From positions 28,644,001 through 28,708,000 of the forward strand of contig OZ024745.1 of assembly GCA_964016885.1 (NCBI GenBank): a stretch of DNA of 64,000 nucleotides, written 5' to 3'. The notes under the pieces were generated by a model. The model searched no databases. It was given only the letters and a program-made list of their open reading frames with translations, and had not been told where the DNA came from. Shown piece after piece: positions 54,533 through 64,000 of this stretch; the first letter of the stretch is position 1; each line of letters begins with the position of its first letter. Made by a program: the position numbers and the translations under genes. The stretch is from Eledone cirrhosa (lineage: Eukaryota).

Positions 54533-55075
54533 ATCGTTCTTAGCCTCGGTGTTAGAAATCGCAATTTCTTGACGAGGTGAAATTTTATCTGTAGATGTAG
54601 CTATGGAGTTGTTGTTGTTGGATTGTTCATGTGTATGTATATTAATAGGTTTAATTCCTGTGTTTTCCTGTGTATGTTGTGTGTTATTTTTCTCCGCTTC
54701 GACGGTAGAAATTTTAAAATGCTCAAGTGGAAATCTTATTTTTTCTTTGTTGACAGTCGTATCCATGACGACGTCCATAGTGGCAGAAGCAGATACTGTA
54801 TAACGTTAATATCTGCCTCTCTACCTCTCTTCTCTCTGTTAACATTCTCCGGCGTTCTTTCCGAGTTATTCATGTTTTATAGTCGGCAAAATTTGATTTT
54901 TTAAAACAATTTTTAAATTAAATTTTCGCCCCTAAAGGGGCGAAAAATGGGATTACCACCCAGCTGACAATTCAGCTTGGGGGTTAATCTACAAAATGAT
55001 GTTTTTCAAACAATTAGTTCAGTTTTTTGTATAGAAATTTACAAAAAAGCTTACCAGCGATGTTCCACACGTCAG
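49873..55075 (-). mobile_element. decayed Tx1-clade LINE, divergent family (ORF1 ~54873-53024, ORF2 52982-49873), lacking its 3' end
   Basis: Fragmented ORFs homologous to 55654 and 57565 (SVNVRGL, GDWN, SYLD, GPGYWKLN, LDQSKAFD). (GATA)n on both flanks. Confidence 0.92.
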
Positions 55076-55104
55076 GCAGATAAATAGATAGATAGATAGA
55101 TATC

Positions 55105-55338
55105 TTTCTTTATTTGCCAGAGGGGCGTACAAAAAAGGGACATTACAAGAGGTGACGGCGGGGTTTTTACATACAATTTTTAACAATGATAAATAACAAT
55201 AAACTATATAAAAATATAACAATTGAAATCCCCATTAGGGGGGGGGTAACGCTACTGCGGGGTTGTTTTACACTCCGTGGATAGAACAACCCTCAACACC
55301 AGGAACACGTTTTGTAGGTGTTCCCGTCTTCCCTCTGT
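55105..55338 (-). mobile_element. isolated Tx1 3' UTR with (ATCT)n tail
   Basis: Minus strand ends TGGCAAATAAAGAAAGATATCTATCTATC, like the 3' end at 61200-61244. Confidence 0.7.
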
Positions 55339-55419
<81 letters not shown>

Positions 55420-55653
55420 AGATCTAGCTGTCGTCTGTTCTACAGTGTGGATGTCATTCACTTCGCACAGAAGTTTTGTTCAAATTTATTGAGGAAATTT
55501 TGTGAGTTCAAACTTAATTTTGATACAATTGTGTAGCTTGACCCTCCGTCTGAACTGTCAGGCGGTGGGTCAGCTCATCTTTACCCCTCCTAGAGGTGAA
55601 AAACCTATTTTAAAAAAAAATTTTGTGTAAAAAATTTCAATCGTCTAACAGAA

Positions 55654-57531
55654 ATGTTAAACGCAGCGAACGAAAATAGTGGTGGGGGGACAGCGGTAAG
55701 AGTTGTAAGCTCGCACGCTTTAGTCCTCCCTTCCTTCCCAACTAACGTCATAGAGAAGGAAGGAAAAATGAAAATAAAAACGGACGAATCTGCGGAGAAA
55801 AAATTAAATGACGAAAACAACGAAAAAAAAAAATTTGAAAAATTGCATGACAATACTAATAACACAAACAAAGACACAACAAACAAAAAAATAACAGTTG
55901 AAAATAACATAATATCAGAAAACAAAGCAGACGACAAGATTTCATTTGCACAGAAAACAAAGAAATCTTTGACTTATATAGCGGAAAACATTTCAGATGT
56001 GGTACGAAGGATCACGGACGCAAAACAATACATAAGTGAAGGTGAGAATGGTATTTTATTGGTAAAAATGCCTCAAGAATTCACGAAAGACATTGAAAGC
56101 CGAACGGTCAAGTTTCGGACCATCAACAACAGTACAAAAAAACCTGAACAGCCTTCTCAAGCAGATATCAAAACAGTACTCGCAGAAGTACTGAGTGAAA
56201 CAACTTTCATAAGAAAAGACAGACTGTATGGAAGCCTAGCAATTATCATGAAGAACGAATCGGCGGCAAAAAAATGTGCTTTGTCACCGATTCGTTCGAA
56301 AAATTTCACCTTTTATCCATCTTATATGGGAAAAAAAACTCAACGCATATGGCTGGATGCAATGATGCCAGATGTGGACTACTGCTGGCTCATAGCTGGC
56401 TTCATCGATCCAGTGAATGACAAAGTGATTTCCATTGGGAAAACCACAGGCAATGCGTTCAGTGGAACAGGTATAGAGCTGGTAGTACAAATGAAGCCTG
56501 AACGCATCGCCCAAATACCCGACAGAATCCTATTAGAGGACCACGGGTATATAAACATTAGCGTGGAGGGGAGAAGGCCGTCCTGCCATATCTGTGCAGG
56601 CAGAGGGCACCTGAAGGCCGCTTGTCCCCAACTCAACAAAAAGAAAACCCTGCTACCAACACCAGCTCCACCACCACCACCACAACAGATAAACAAACAA
56701 CAAAACTCAGTCCCACCCAACCCGTCCCTCAGTAACACCACAACACCACCACAACACAAACAGTCACAACACATTACCCCAAAACAAAATACAGGCCCAC
56801 CCAACCTCTCACTCAATAAAACAACACAACCACCGCAGACACAACACACAACACAGTCTAACATAGTGACATCCATCTCCCCCACAAAGAAAACCAACAC
56901 GGAAACATTACCAGCAAACATACCTCTTCCCTCCAACACTGAAGATAACCCAACGAATTCGGAGGAAGAAACGGAGTCCTTCAGACAGATTAAAAGGAAA
57001 AAAAGAAAACATGTGCAAAACACACAAGGACAAACAACCCCCACCCAAATCGCAACACAATCTAACAAAACAGAAAACACCCCTCCAGCAACAAACAAAA
57101 CCAAACCTGCCCCTCCCCTCTTCGAAACACTCACACCATCGGAAAAAAAGACATTACACTATACTTACATCAACAGAAACAATAATAAATTAAATGAACT
57201 CATATACAATAATCCTTCGGTACAAACCGAAGGTGTAAACTTTGTTTCGTCAGAAAACCACCCACATTTAAAACTAATAAAAATCCCAATGAACCTCTAC
57301 CAAAAACTAAAAAAGGATTTTAAGGAGGACGTAGGACCACCCTCTGTCAAACCCATAAACCGCGTCCTACTAAAAAGCTTTCCCCCTCCCCTTCCCCTCC
57401 CCAACACAACTCCAAACACCCCAACCCCACCACACACCGACGACCCCACACCACCACAAGACACCCCTTCACCCAACACCCCCGACCCCATGGAAGTCGT
57501 GCAACCCGAACCCCGGGAAGCGGAAAGGTAG
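55654..57531 (+). CDS. LINE ORF1 (gag-like, CCHC zinc knuckle, Pro/Thr/Gln linker, conserved C-terminal block)
   Basis: 625-aa ORF containing CHICAGRGHLKAAC. Homologous to the ORF1 fragments at 53024-54778 (minus). Confidence 0.92.
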   Translation: MLNAANENSGGGTAVRVVSSHALVLPSFPTNVIEKEGKMKIKTDESAEKKLNDENNEKKKFEKLHDNTNNTNKDTTNKKITVENNIISENKADDKISFAQKTKKSLTYIAENISDVVRRITDAKQYISEGENGILLVKMPQEFTKDIESRTVKFRTINNSTKKPEQPSQADIKTVLAEVLSETTFIRKDRLYGSLAIIMKNESAAKKCALSPIRSKNFTFYPSYMGKKTQRIWLDAMMPDVDYCWLIAGFIDPVNDKVISIGKTTGNAFSGTGIELVVQMKPERIAQIPDRILLEDHGYINISVEGRRPSCHICAGRGHLKAACPQLNKKKTLLPTPAPPPPPQQINKQQNSVPPNPSLSNTTTPPQHKQSQHITPKQNTGPPNLSLNKTTQPPQTQHTTQSNIVTSISPTKKTNTETLPANIPLPSNTEDNPTNSEEETESFRQIKRKKRKHVQNTQGQTTPTQIATQSNKTENTPPATNKTKPAPPLFETLTPSEKKTLHYTYINRNNNKLNELIYNNPSVQTEGVNFVSSENHPHLKLIKIPMNLYQKLKKDFKEDVGPPSVKPINRVLLKSFPPPLPLPNTTPNTPTPPHTDDPTPPQDTPSPNTPDPMEVVQPEPREAER

Positions 57532-57564
57532 GTCTCTACACTCTCCTTTGGCTCTGCCGCCCAC

Positions 57565-60500
57565 ATGGATGTGTTAAGAGTAGGATGTTTGAATGCACGT
57601 GGCCTGGGCTCAACTTGGAAGCAAGCAAAGCTTCTAAATGACCTCAGGTCATGTAGTATAAATGTAATGGTTATCTGTGAGACTCGAATCAGCGTCATGC
57701 GGCAGCTGGCCCCCACCTTCGATGACTTTGAGGTGCATGCATCTCTCTGTCAACCTGGAGGTGGGGGTGGGGTTGTCGTGCTGCTGCAAAAACACCTGGG
57801 TCTTGCCGTACAGGTTGTGCACTCGGACCCGGAGGGTCGTTTGTTGGTGCTAGACGTTGGCAGTAGTGAAAGTGCGGCCTTGAGACTGGTCGCCGTCTAC
57901 TCCCCTTTCGGAGCTGAACGGCCCGACTTCTTCCAGCGTTTGGAGACTTTTCTGGGAACGTCGCGTTCCCTGCTTCTAGCGGGGGATTGGAATGACATCC
58001 TGGATGCACGTTGGGACTATGCAGGAGCATGTCCTAATAGAGGGGGGTGTAACAGCCTCAAGGGGTTACTCGACCGTTTTAACTTGGTCGATAGATATCG
58101 ACTAGATTTTCCAACTGTGCCTACCTGGACTTGGAGAAACCACAGTGGTCAATCTAGATCGTACTTAGATAGATTCTTAGTTAGAAGTAAGGATAGGGAC
58201 ATATTAAGCTGTCCAGAAATGCGCACGGTTGGCTACACGGATCACAAATTAGTGACCTGCGTGGTCAATCTCGAGAAAACACATAGACAGGGTCCCGGTT
58301 ACTGGAAACTTAATTTGTCTTTACCGGCAAAAGAGACTTACAGAAACCGGATTAGCAGATTAGTTAAGGAGAGGTTGACGGGTGCAATCGTCAACAACCG
58401 ATGGTGGGCATCTCTCAAAAGAGAGATTAGAACAGAATCAATAAGTTATAGCAAGATGTTAGCTGCCAATAGGAATAGAAACGAGAAAGAATTAACAGGT
58501 AAATTAGAAGAGGCAATCAAGAGCGAAGATGTGGCCAGAGTGCTGGCATCGAGGACGGCCTTGAACCAGTTTTTCGATGCAAAGCATGAAGGCTGCGTCA
58601 TTCGAAGTAAAATACGTGCTCTAGGTAATGAGGGGGCCAAAGCCGTTGGATGGGCCCGCGTGACAGAAGCTAAAAGTGGAAATCGATCCACCATCCGGTC
58701 GTTGCAAGACGAAGATGGACGAGTGATCCGGGAGCCTAAGCAGATGTGCGAGGCCTTTCAAAAGCACTTTGCCCGATTGTTCGGGGGAGGCGAGGGTCCG
58801 GGCCGGGGCGTGGATTTCGGTCCATACCTCGACGGCCTGCCGCGTCTCTCGAACAAAGAGGCAGAGTCTTGCGAGGGACCAATCTCGGCTGATGAGATCG
58901 GAGATGCGCTGAGCCAATGCAGCAGACGCAAATCTCCAGGTCTCGATGGTATACCTTACGAACTTTATTTAGCAATGCCGGTCTTCTTCTCCGAACTCCT
59001 CGAAGCGGTCTACTGCAATTGGCAGCAGAACGGGAGAATTCCTTGTTCTGTAGCCAAGGGCGTAGTCACGCTGGTGAGGAAGGACGAGAACAAGGGGGAT
59101 AGTATAAATAATTTTCGGCCCATAACCCTGCTAAACACAGAGTTAAAGATTTTGGCCAAGGTGTTAGCAAAGAGGTTGGCGCTTGTCGTGGGTGGCCTGG
59201 TGGGAGATGCGCAGACATGTGCTATCCCATCCAGGTCCATTCACGATAACCTCCACCTCATGCGATACATCATAGAGAGGGTTGGCAACAAACCCGGCTT
59301 CGGTGGGGCCCTGATCAACTTGGATCAGTCTAAGGCCTTCGATAGGGTCGACCATGGTTACCTGGATGCGGTGCTAGCGGCGGCTGGGTTCGGTCCTGTT
59401 TTCAGAGGCTGGATCACTGCCCTACATAGCAACCACATCTGTTCTAGGATCAAGGTGAACGGCTACCTTTCGAAGCCGTTCGAAATCACACGATCCATTC
59501 GACAGGGGTGCCCTCTCTCCTCCCTTCTGTACGTATTGACTCTCGAGCCTTTACTGAGGAAGTTGGAGTTGTTGCAGGGTATCCCCCTGGAACCAGGATT
59601 GAGCAAAGCGGTGTCGGCCTACGCCGATGACGTAACAGTAATGGTATCAACCGACTCGGAGATCGAGGTGATCGGTACCTTACTGGAGGAGTACGAAAGG
59701 TTGTCAGGAGCGAAACTGAACCGGGAAAAATCCATCGGGCTGCAACTCGGAACGTGGAGAGGCAGACCGATGCCTCCTGACGGTGTCGTCGGACACTGGA
59801 CGGAGGGCCCGGTAAAGTTGCTTGGGGTCTGGTTTGGACCGGACCTCCAGGTGGAAAAGAACTGGAACGAGGTTACGAACAAGGTGTTTGCACTAACCCA
59901 GAAATGGGCCAAGTGTAAGCTGTCCCTAAAAGGCCGGGCGGAGGTGGCGAACATTTACATAGCGTCCGTCACTTACTACCGCCTGACTGTCGTGCCTTGC
60001 CCTAAGGAAACACTCACCACCATGGAACGCATGCTCTTCCAATTTCTTTGGAAGAAGCGTCCTCCTATGGTGAGAAGATCCATCTGCTGCCAACAACCTT
60101 CGAAAGGAGGGCTGGGGATGCCGTGGTTGATGATGCGTAGGCACGCATTAAGGCTACGGCACCTACAGGTATTCCTCACTGGTCAACCGGTGTGGGCTCC
60201 GTTCGTGAAACGAGCCTTTCCGAGACTCGTCTCACTCACCGAGCTACAGTCCTGGGTCAAGCAAAGATCCGGAAAACTGGGAGACTGGCACACTGAGTGT
60301 GCTCAGGCGCTCAGGGCTCTCTGGCAAGCGGGCCGGGCCATCGGTGGAGAATCCACCTCATCATTCTATAGAGGGCTGGTGGCTAGCAGGGGCGATGACA
60401 CCCTTGGGGAGTCGCTGGACATGGAAGAAGACGAACTGGCCAGCCTGTTCGGTAGGACTTTCGGCCCAGGACCAATGGACAACTTCCAGAAGTCACTGGC

Positions 60501-61002
60501 CTGGCAGTGCTACCGAGGGGCTCTACCCGTTCGAGAGAGGCTCTACAGACACGGGCGCCCGGGCAGGGATCCCTCAAAAAAGATTTGCCCTAGATGCGTG
60601 CGTCACGAAGAAACCGTGGCGCACGCATTGGTGCAATGTCCGGGCGTGGCTGATCTGTGGGGCTACGCCGAACAACTGCTGTCGCGGGTGGCGCCGATTA
60701 AATTGACCGCCGAGTCCGTGATGACAATCAAACCGCCTCCCCTCTTCACAAAGGAAGCAAAGGCGGTTTTTCTGTGCGTAATAGCCATGTTGAAAGAGGT
60801 TGTTTGGTGGACACGATTGAAAGGTCTGAGGTCAGGCAACTTCCTCTCTGGCCATAGTCTGGTCTACTTCTTCCGATATCACTTCGGAAGGAGGATAAGA
60901 ATGGAGAGAGAGGTGCTTGGCCACAGGCAGTTTTATGAAAGGTGGGTGATAGTGGCGAGAATGGCTCGTGTAAATGGGCCTTCTCTGTATACCATCCTGT
61001 AG
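57565..61002 (+). CDS. LINE ORF2: APE endonuclease + RT + Cys/His motif
   Basis: 1145 aa with LNARGL, ICET, GDWN, SYLDRF, TDH, QGCPLS, YADD and CPRC…H…C. Confidence 0.97.
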   Translation: MDVLRVGCLNARGLGSTWKQAKLLNDLRSCSINVMVICETRISVMRQLAPTFDDFEVHASLCQPGGGGGVVVLLQKHLGLAVQVVHSDPEGRLLVLDVGSSESAALRLVAVYSPFGAERPDFFQRLETFLGTSRSLLLAGDWNDILDARWDYAGACPNRGGCNSLKGLLDRFNLVDRYRLDFPTVPTWTWRNHSGQSRSYLDRFLVRSKDRDILSCPEMRTVGYTDHKLVTCVVNLEKTHRQGPGYWKLNLSLPAKETYRNRISRLVKERLTGAIVNNRWWASLKREIRTESISYSKMLAANRNRNEKELTGKLEEAIKSEDVARVLASRTALNQFFDAKHEGCVIRSKIRALGNEGAKAVGWARVTEAKSGNRSTIRSLQDEDGRVIREPKQMCEAFQKHFARLFGGGEGPGRGVDFGPYLDGLPRLSNKEAESCEGPISADEIGDALSQCSRRKSPGLDGIPYELYLAMPVFFSELLEAVYCNWQQNGRIPCSVAKGVVTLVRKDENKGDSINNFRPITLLNTELKILAKVLAKRLALVVGGLVGDAQTCAIPSRSIHDNLHLMRYIIERVGNKPGFGGALINLDQSKAFDRVDHGYLDAVLAAAGFGPVFRGWITALHSNHICSRIKVNGYLSKPFEITRSIRQGCPLSSLLYVLTLEPLLRKLELLQGIPLEPGLSKAVSAYADDVTVMVSTDSEIEVIGTLLEEYERLSGAKLNREKSIGLQLGTWRGRPMPPDGVVGHWTEGPVKLLGVWFGPDLQVEKNWNEVTNKVFALTQKWAKCKLSLKGRAEVANIYIASVTYYRLTVVPCPKETLTTMERMLFQFLWKKRPPMVRRSICCQQPSKGGLGMPWLMMRRHALRLRHLQVFLTGQPVWAPFVKRAFPRLVSLTELQSWVKQRSGKLGDWHTECAQALRALWQAGRAIGGESTSSFYRGLVASRGDDTLGESLDMEEDELASLFGRTFGPGPMDNFQKSLAWQCYRGALPVRERLYRHGRPGRDPSKKICPRCVRHEETVAHALVQCPGVADLWGYAEQLLSRVAPIKLTAESVMTIKPPPLFTKEAKAVFLCVIAMLKEVVWWTRLKGLRSGNFLSGHSLVYFFRYHFGRRIRMEREVLGHRQFYERWVIVARMARVNGPSLYTIL

Positions 61003-61243
61003 GTAAAGAAGTAAAGGAGAGGGGAGCACCTTCTCCATGTGCTCCCCGGGCAAAGGATTGCACACTTTTTCGGGGGTGTGTGCAACCCCCATCACGTCCC
61101 CTCCCTTTTGAGGTTATTTTCGATTATTTTCATGTTACACCCTTTTTACTCGATTATATGTAAACTCCCCCTTTGTATTTGTCCCTTCTTTTTATGCCTT
61201 TATGGTAAATAAAGAAATCTATCTATCTATCTATCTATCTATC

Positions 61244-61290
<47 letters not shown>

Positions 61291-61420
61291 GGAAAGTGAA
61301 AGGGTAAAAATTATGATAAGGAGGAAGAGGGGGAGGAGTAGTAGAAGGACGTGGAGACAGAGGGGTGGTTGCGAGAAGAGGAGTTTGAAGAAAGTGGCGT
61401 GTGCGAAATATCACAGTGAC

Positions 61421-61590
61421 GAGAAGAAGAAGAAGAAGAAGAAGAAGAAGAAGAAGAAGAAGAAGAAGAAGAAGAAGAAGAAGAAGAAGAAGAAGAAGAA
61501 GAAGAAGAAGAAGAAGAAGAAGAAGAAGAAGAAGAAGAAGAAGAAGAAGAAGAAGAAGAAGAAGAAGAAGAAGAAGAAGAAGAAGAAGAA
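61421..61590. repeat. pure (GAA)n tract
   Basis: Direct inspection. Confidence 0.95.
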
Positions 61591-62029
61591 TGGCGAAATT
61601 AAAAACGATAGAAATTTGAAGAAGAAAGACGAAATGCGGAGAAAAGAGTGGGTGGAGATGCGAGACAATGTGTGCAACGCAGACAAATGAAAGGAAGGAT
61701 TAACATTTTATAAAATTGATAAGCCATATTTGAAAGGCTAAATAAAGTAGCATGAATATATGGTAGCCATGTTGTCGTCTGCTGAGAGGACAACAACAAG
61801 AAAAATGCATGTCGTATTTAAGTAAAGTGAATGAAATGTAAAGAACTAAAAGAAATGTGGTTTAAAGTTTGGAATGCATATATAGATTTTGAAAATGAAC
61901 ATTGAGGATGACTCGTCACAGGAATATTTCGATGAAATGAATGTTAAAAACCATTTTATTAGATATTTTTATATGTACATATATATATATTTTTTTTTTT
62001 TTACGTAATTATATTTGTTTTCAGAAAAA

Positions 62030-62275
62030 TCTATATTTTAATAAGAGCGCTGTCTCTCCGTCCGTCCGTCACGCTCACTTTGTATAGAGAAGGGGAACAG
62101 CAAGCGAGAGATATGTACAGAGATAGAGAGAGAAAAAGGAACGCCGCCTGTTTTCGAGATGACAAAAAGAGGTAGATAGACAGAAAGTTATGGCGTCACC
62201 CTCATATATATAGAGAGAGGAGCGCCAAACGAGAGATATGTACATAGAGAGAGAGAAAAAGGAACGTCATTTGTT

Positions 62276-62322
<47 letters not shown>

Positions 62323-62580
62323 TGTGTGACAGAAAGAGGGAGAAGACGATATTGCCCTTACCTATATAGAAAGAAGAGGACCAGCAAACGTTCAAAGACA
62401 GACTAGAATGAAAATTGTACAGCGAAGGTCAACTGTACGTTGCTTACAGTAGAGTGCGAGATCGTATGAATATTAAAGTCTACCTAGATCAACAAGTTTA
62501 ATGCAATACAAAGACTCCGAAGACGTCACAATGACCAGAATAGTAAATACACAAGAAATGTCTCTACAGAGATCATTTAT
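62030..62580 (+). mobile_element. Helitron derivative with PIF1-helicase C-terminal relic
   Basis: A|TCTATATTTTAATAAG…(CCGT)n 5' end. 62421 onward translates SEGQLYVAYSRVR…IKVY…TRNV. The 3' end was not located. Confidence 0.65.
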
Positions 62581-63399
62581 ATGTAGATCTATATATGAAG
62601 ACTGAGAGCTAATTATTGTTTAATACTCATTTGGTTCTATAGATACGTTGCTTTATCTCCAATGTATCTTTACACAGTTTCAAGAAGGATACTTCTGGTA
62701 ACTTACGTTTGGCGGTGTAGGGTGTCTACCAGAAAAGTTCTGTATTATTTCATTTACCATATTGTAATTTTTTCAATCCTACTCTATGCCCACTCGTTAT
62801 TATTTAATTGTACAAAGAAGTCACTTAATAATTGCTTCAGGAGATTTCCTAAACTGTATATAGTAGTTTGAAAGGAACATTACGGAAACTGGAAAATTAT
62901 TATATTATGTACGTTCTATTTTTTTCTTAATTTTAAAGGAGTTATACTTATTTTGATACTGAAACAGAAATGATTCACCTCCCATTGTTCACATTATGGT
63001 TGGGATTAGTGGCAGATTTTCTAGCGGCCCCATACGTGATTATAAAGGCAAACTTCAACAGCTTCCATATCCTTTCCCAGTGTACAATGGCTTTGTATGT
63101 ATGTGTATTCTATGGCATATTTTAAATAAATAAATGTTTATTTTTTAAATATTTGTGCATTTATAACATTATTTTACATTAATGTTTAATTTAGTTTGTT
63201 TTATATCACTTTATGAAATTTGAAATTTGTATAACTCATTGAAAATAATTATAAATAACGGAATACTTTTTTACATAAACTTACATAAAACTCCTTAAGA
63301 ACACTGCAGAGTTTCACATGCTCAGCCTTTTTGTAAAATAAAATTGATTTTTTGCCATTTGCTCATATTCAGGTAGTTGATATAGAGAGAACGTTTTTT

Positions 63400-64000
63400 A
63401 TAGGAGATATAGAGAGGGTGGGAGTTCCGTACTAATAGATATACAGAGGGGAATTGGGAGAGAGTGATGTATGGTAGATATAGATAGGGGGAGAGTTTGG
63501 AGGTAATGAATGGCGTGAGGAGGATTGATAGAGATAGGTATTGATAGATATAGAGAGGGGAGTAGTTTGGTAGTGATGGATAGAGTGAGGGGAAAGAGAG
63601 AGAGAGAGAGTTGTATAGTATATATAGAGAGGGGGAGAGTTTGATGGTTATTGATACAGAGAGGGGGATTAGGGGATAGTGCCGTGTAGAAGATATAGAG
63701 AGGGGGAGAGATCAATGCTTGTAGATATAATGAGGAGGTTGGGAGAAGTAAATATTGTTAAATATAGAGAGGGGGAGAGTTTGCTGGTAATGAATAAAGA
63801 GAGAGGGATTGGGAGAGACAGTGTCGTAAAATATAGGAGAGAGTTTGGTAGTCATTGATATAGAAAGGGGATAAGAGAGTGTCGTGTGGTAGATATGGCG
63901 AGGGGGAGAGTTTGGAGATGATTATTATAGAGAGGGGGGTTGGGAGAGTGTTTTGTATGTTATATATAGAGAGTTGTATAATGGAAGAGTGCCGTGTAGT
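63400..64000. repeat. GA-rich diverged minisatellite (TATAGAGAGGGGGAGAGTTTG…)
   Basis: Recurring imperfect unit running to the window end. Confidence 0.8.

Larger units (their letters stand above)
55420..61217 (+). mobile_element. full-length, apparently intact Tx1/L1-clade LINE within (TCTA)n
   Basis: 5' UTR, two open ORFs, 3' UTR ending AATAAAGAA and an (ATCT)n tail. Confidence 0.97.

Noticed and set aside
61313-61690. poly-Lys, poly-Arg and poly-Phe ORFs
   Set aside because: Translations of the (GAA)n tract.

Overview
This is AT-rich, microsatellite-saturated animal DNA, most likely octopus or another cephalopod (inferred from the SINE families and repeat load; no database check was possible). 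No complete host protein-coding gene is evident, and nearly all short ORFs in the track are translated microsatellites. Tx1/L1-clade LINEs sit in (TCTA/GATA)n tracts: one intact two-ORF copy (55.4-61.2 kb), a closely related 5'-truncated copy (7.2-10.6 kb), a decayed divergent copy on the minus strand (49.9-55.1 kb) and fragments. Other elements include a Naiad-like Penelope element (RT + GIY-YIG) with a hammerhead in its pLTR, a decayed Nematis-like Penelope, R4/Dong, RTE and hAT relics, two Helitron derivatives, MITEs and many tRNA-derived SINEs. The main signal missed by the ORF track is about a dozen sequence-diverse type I hammerhead ribozyme motifs. Most lie in short non-coding modules embedded in (TA)n, often with fold-back palindromes. 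The best case is a 466-nt retrozyme-like unit with a 221-bp inverted arm (36.2-37.0 kb). Candidate exons of a long minus-strand transcript carrying small ORFs are also present, at low confidence.
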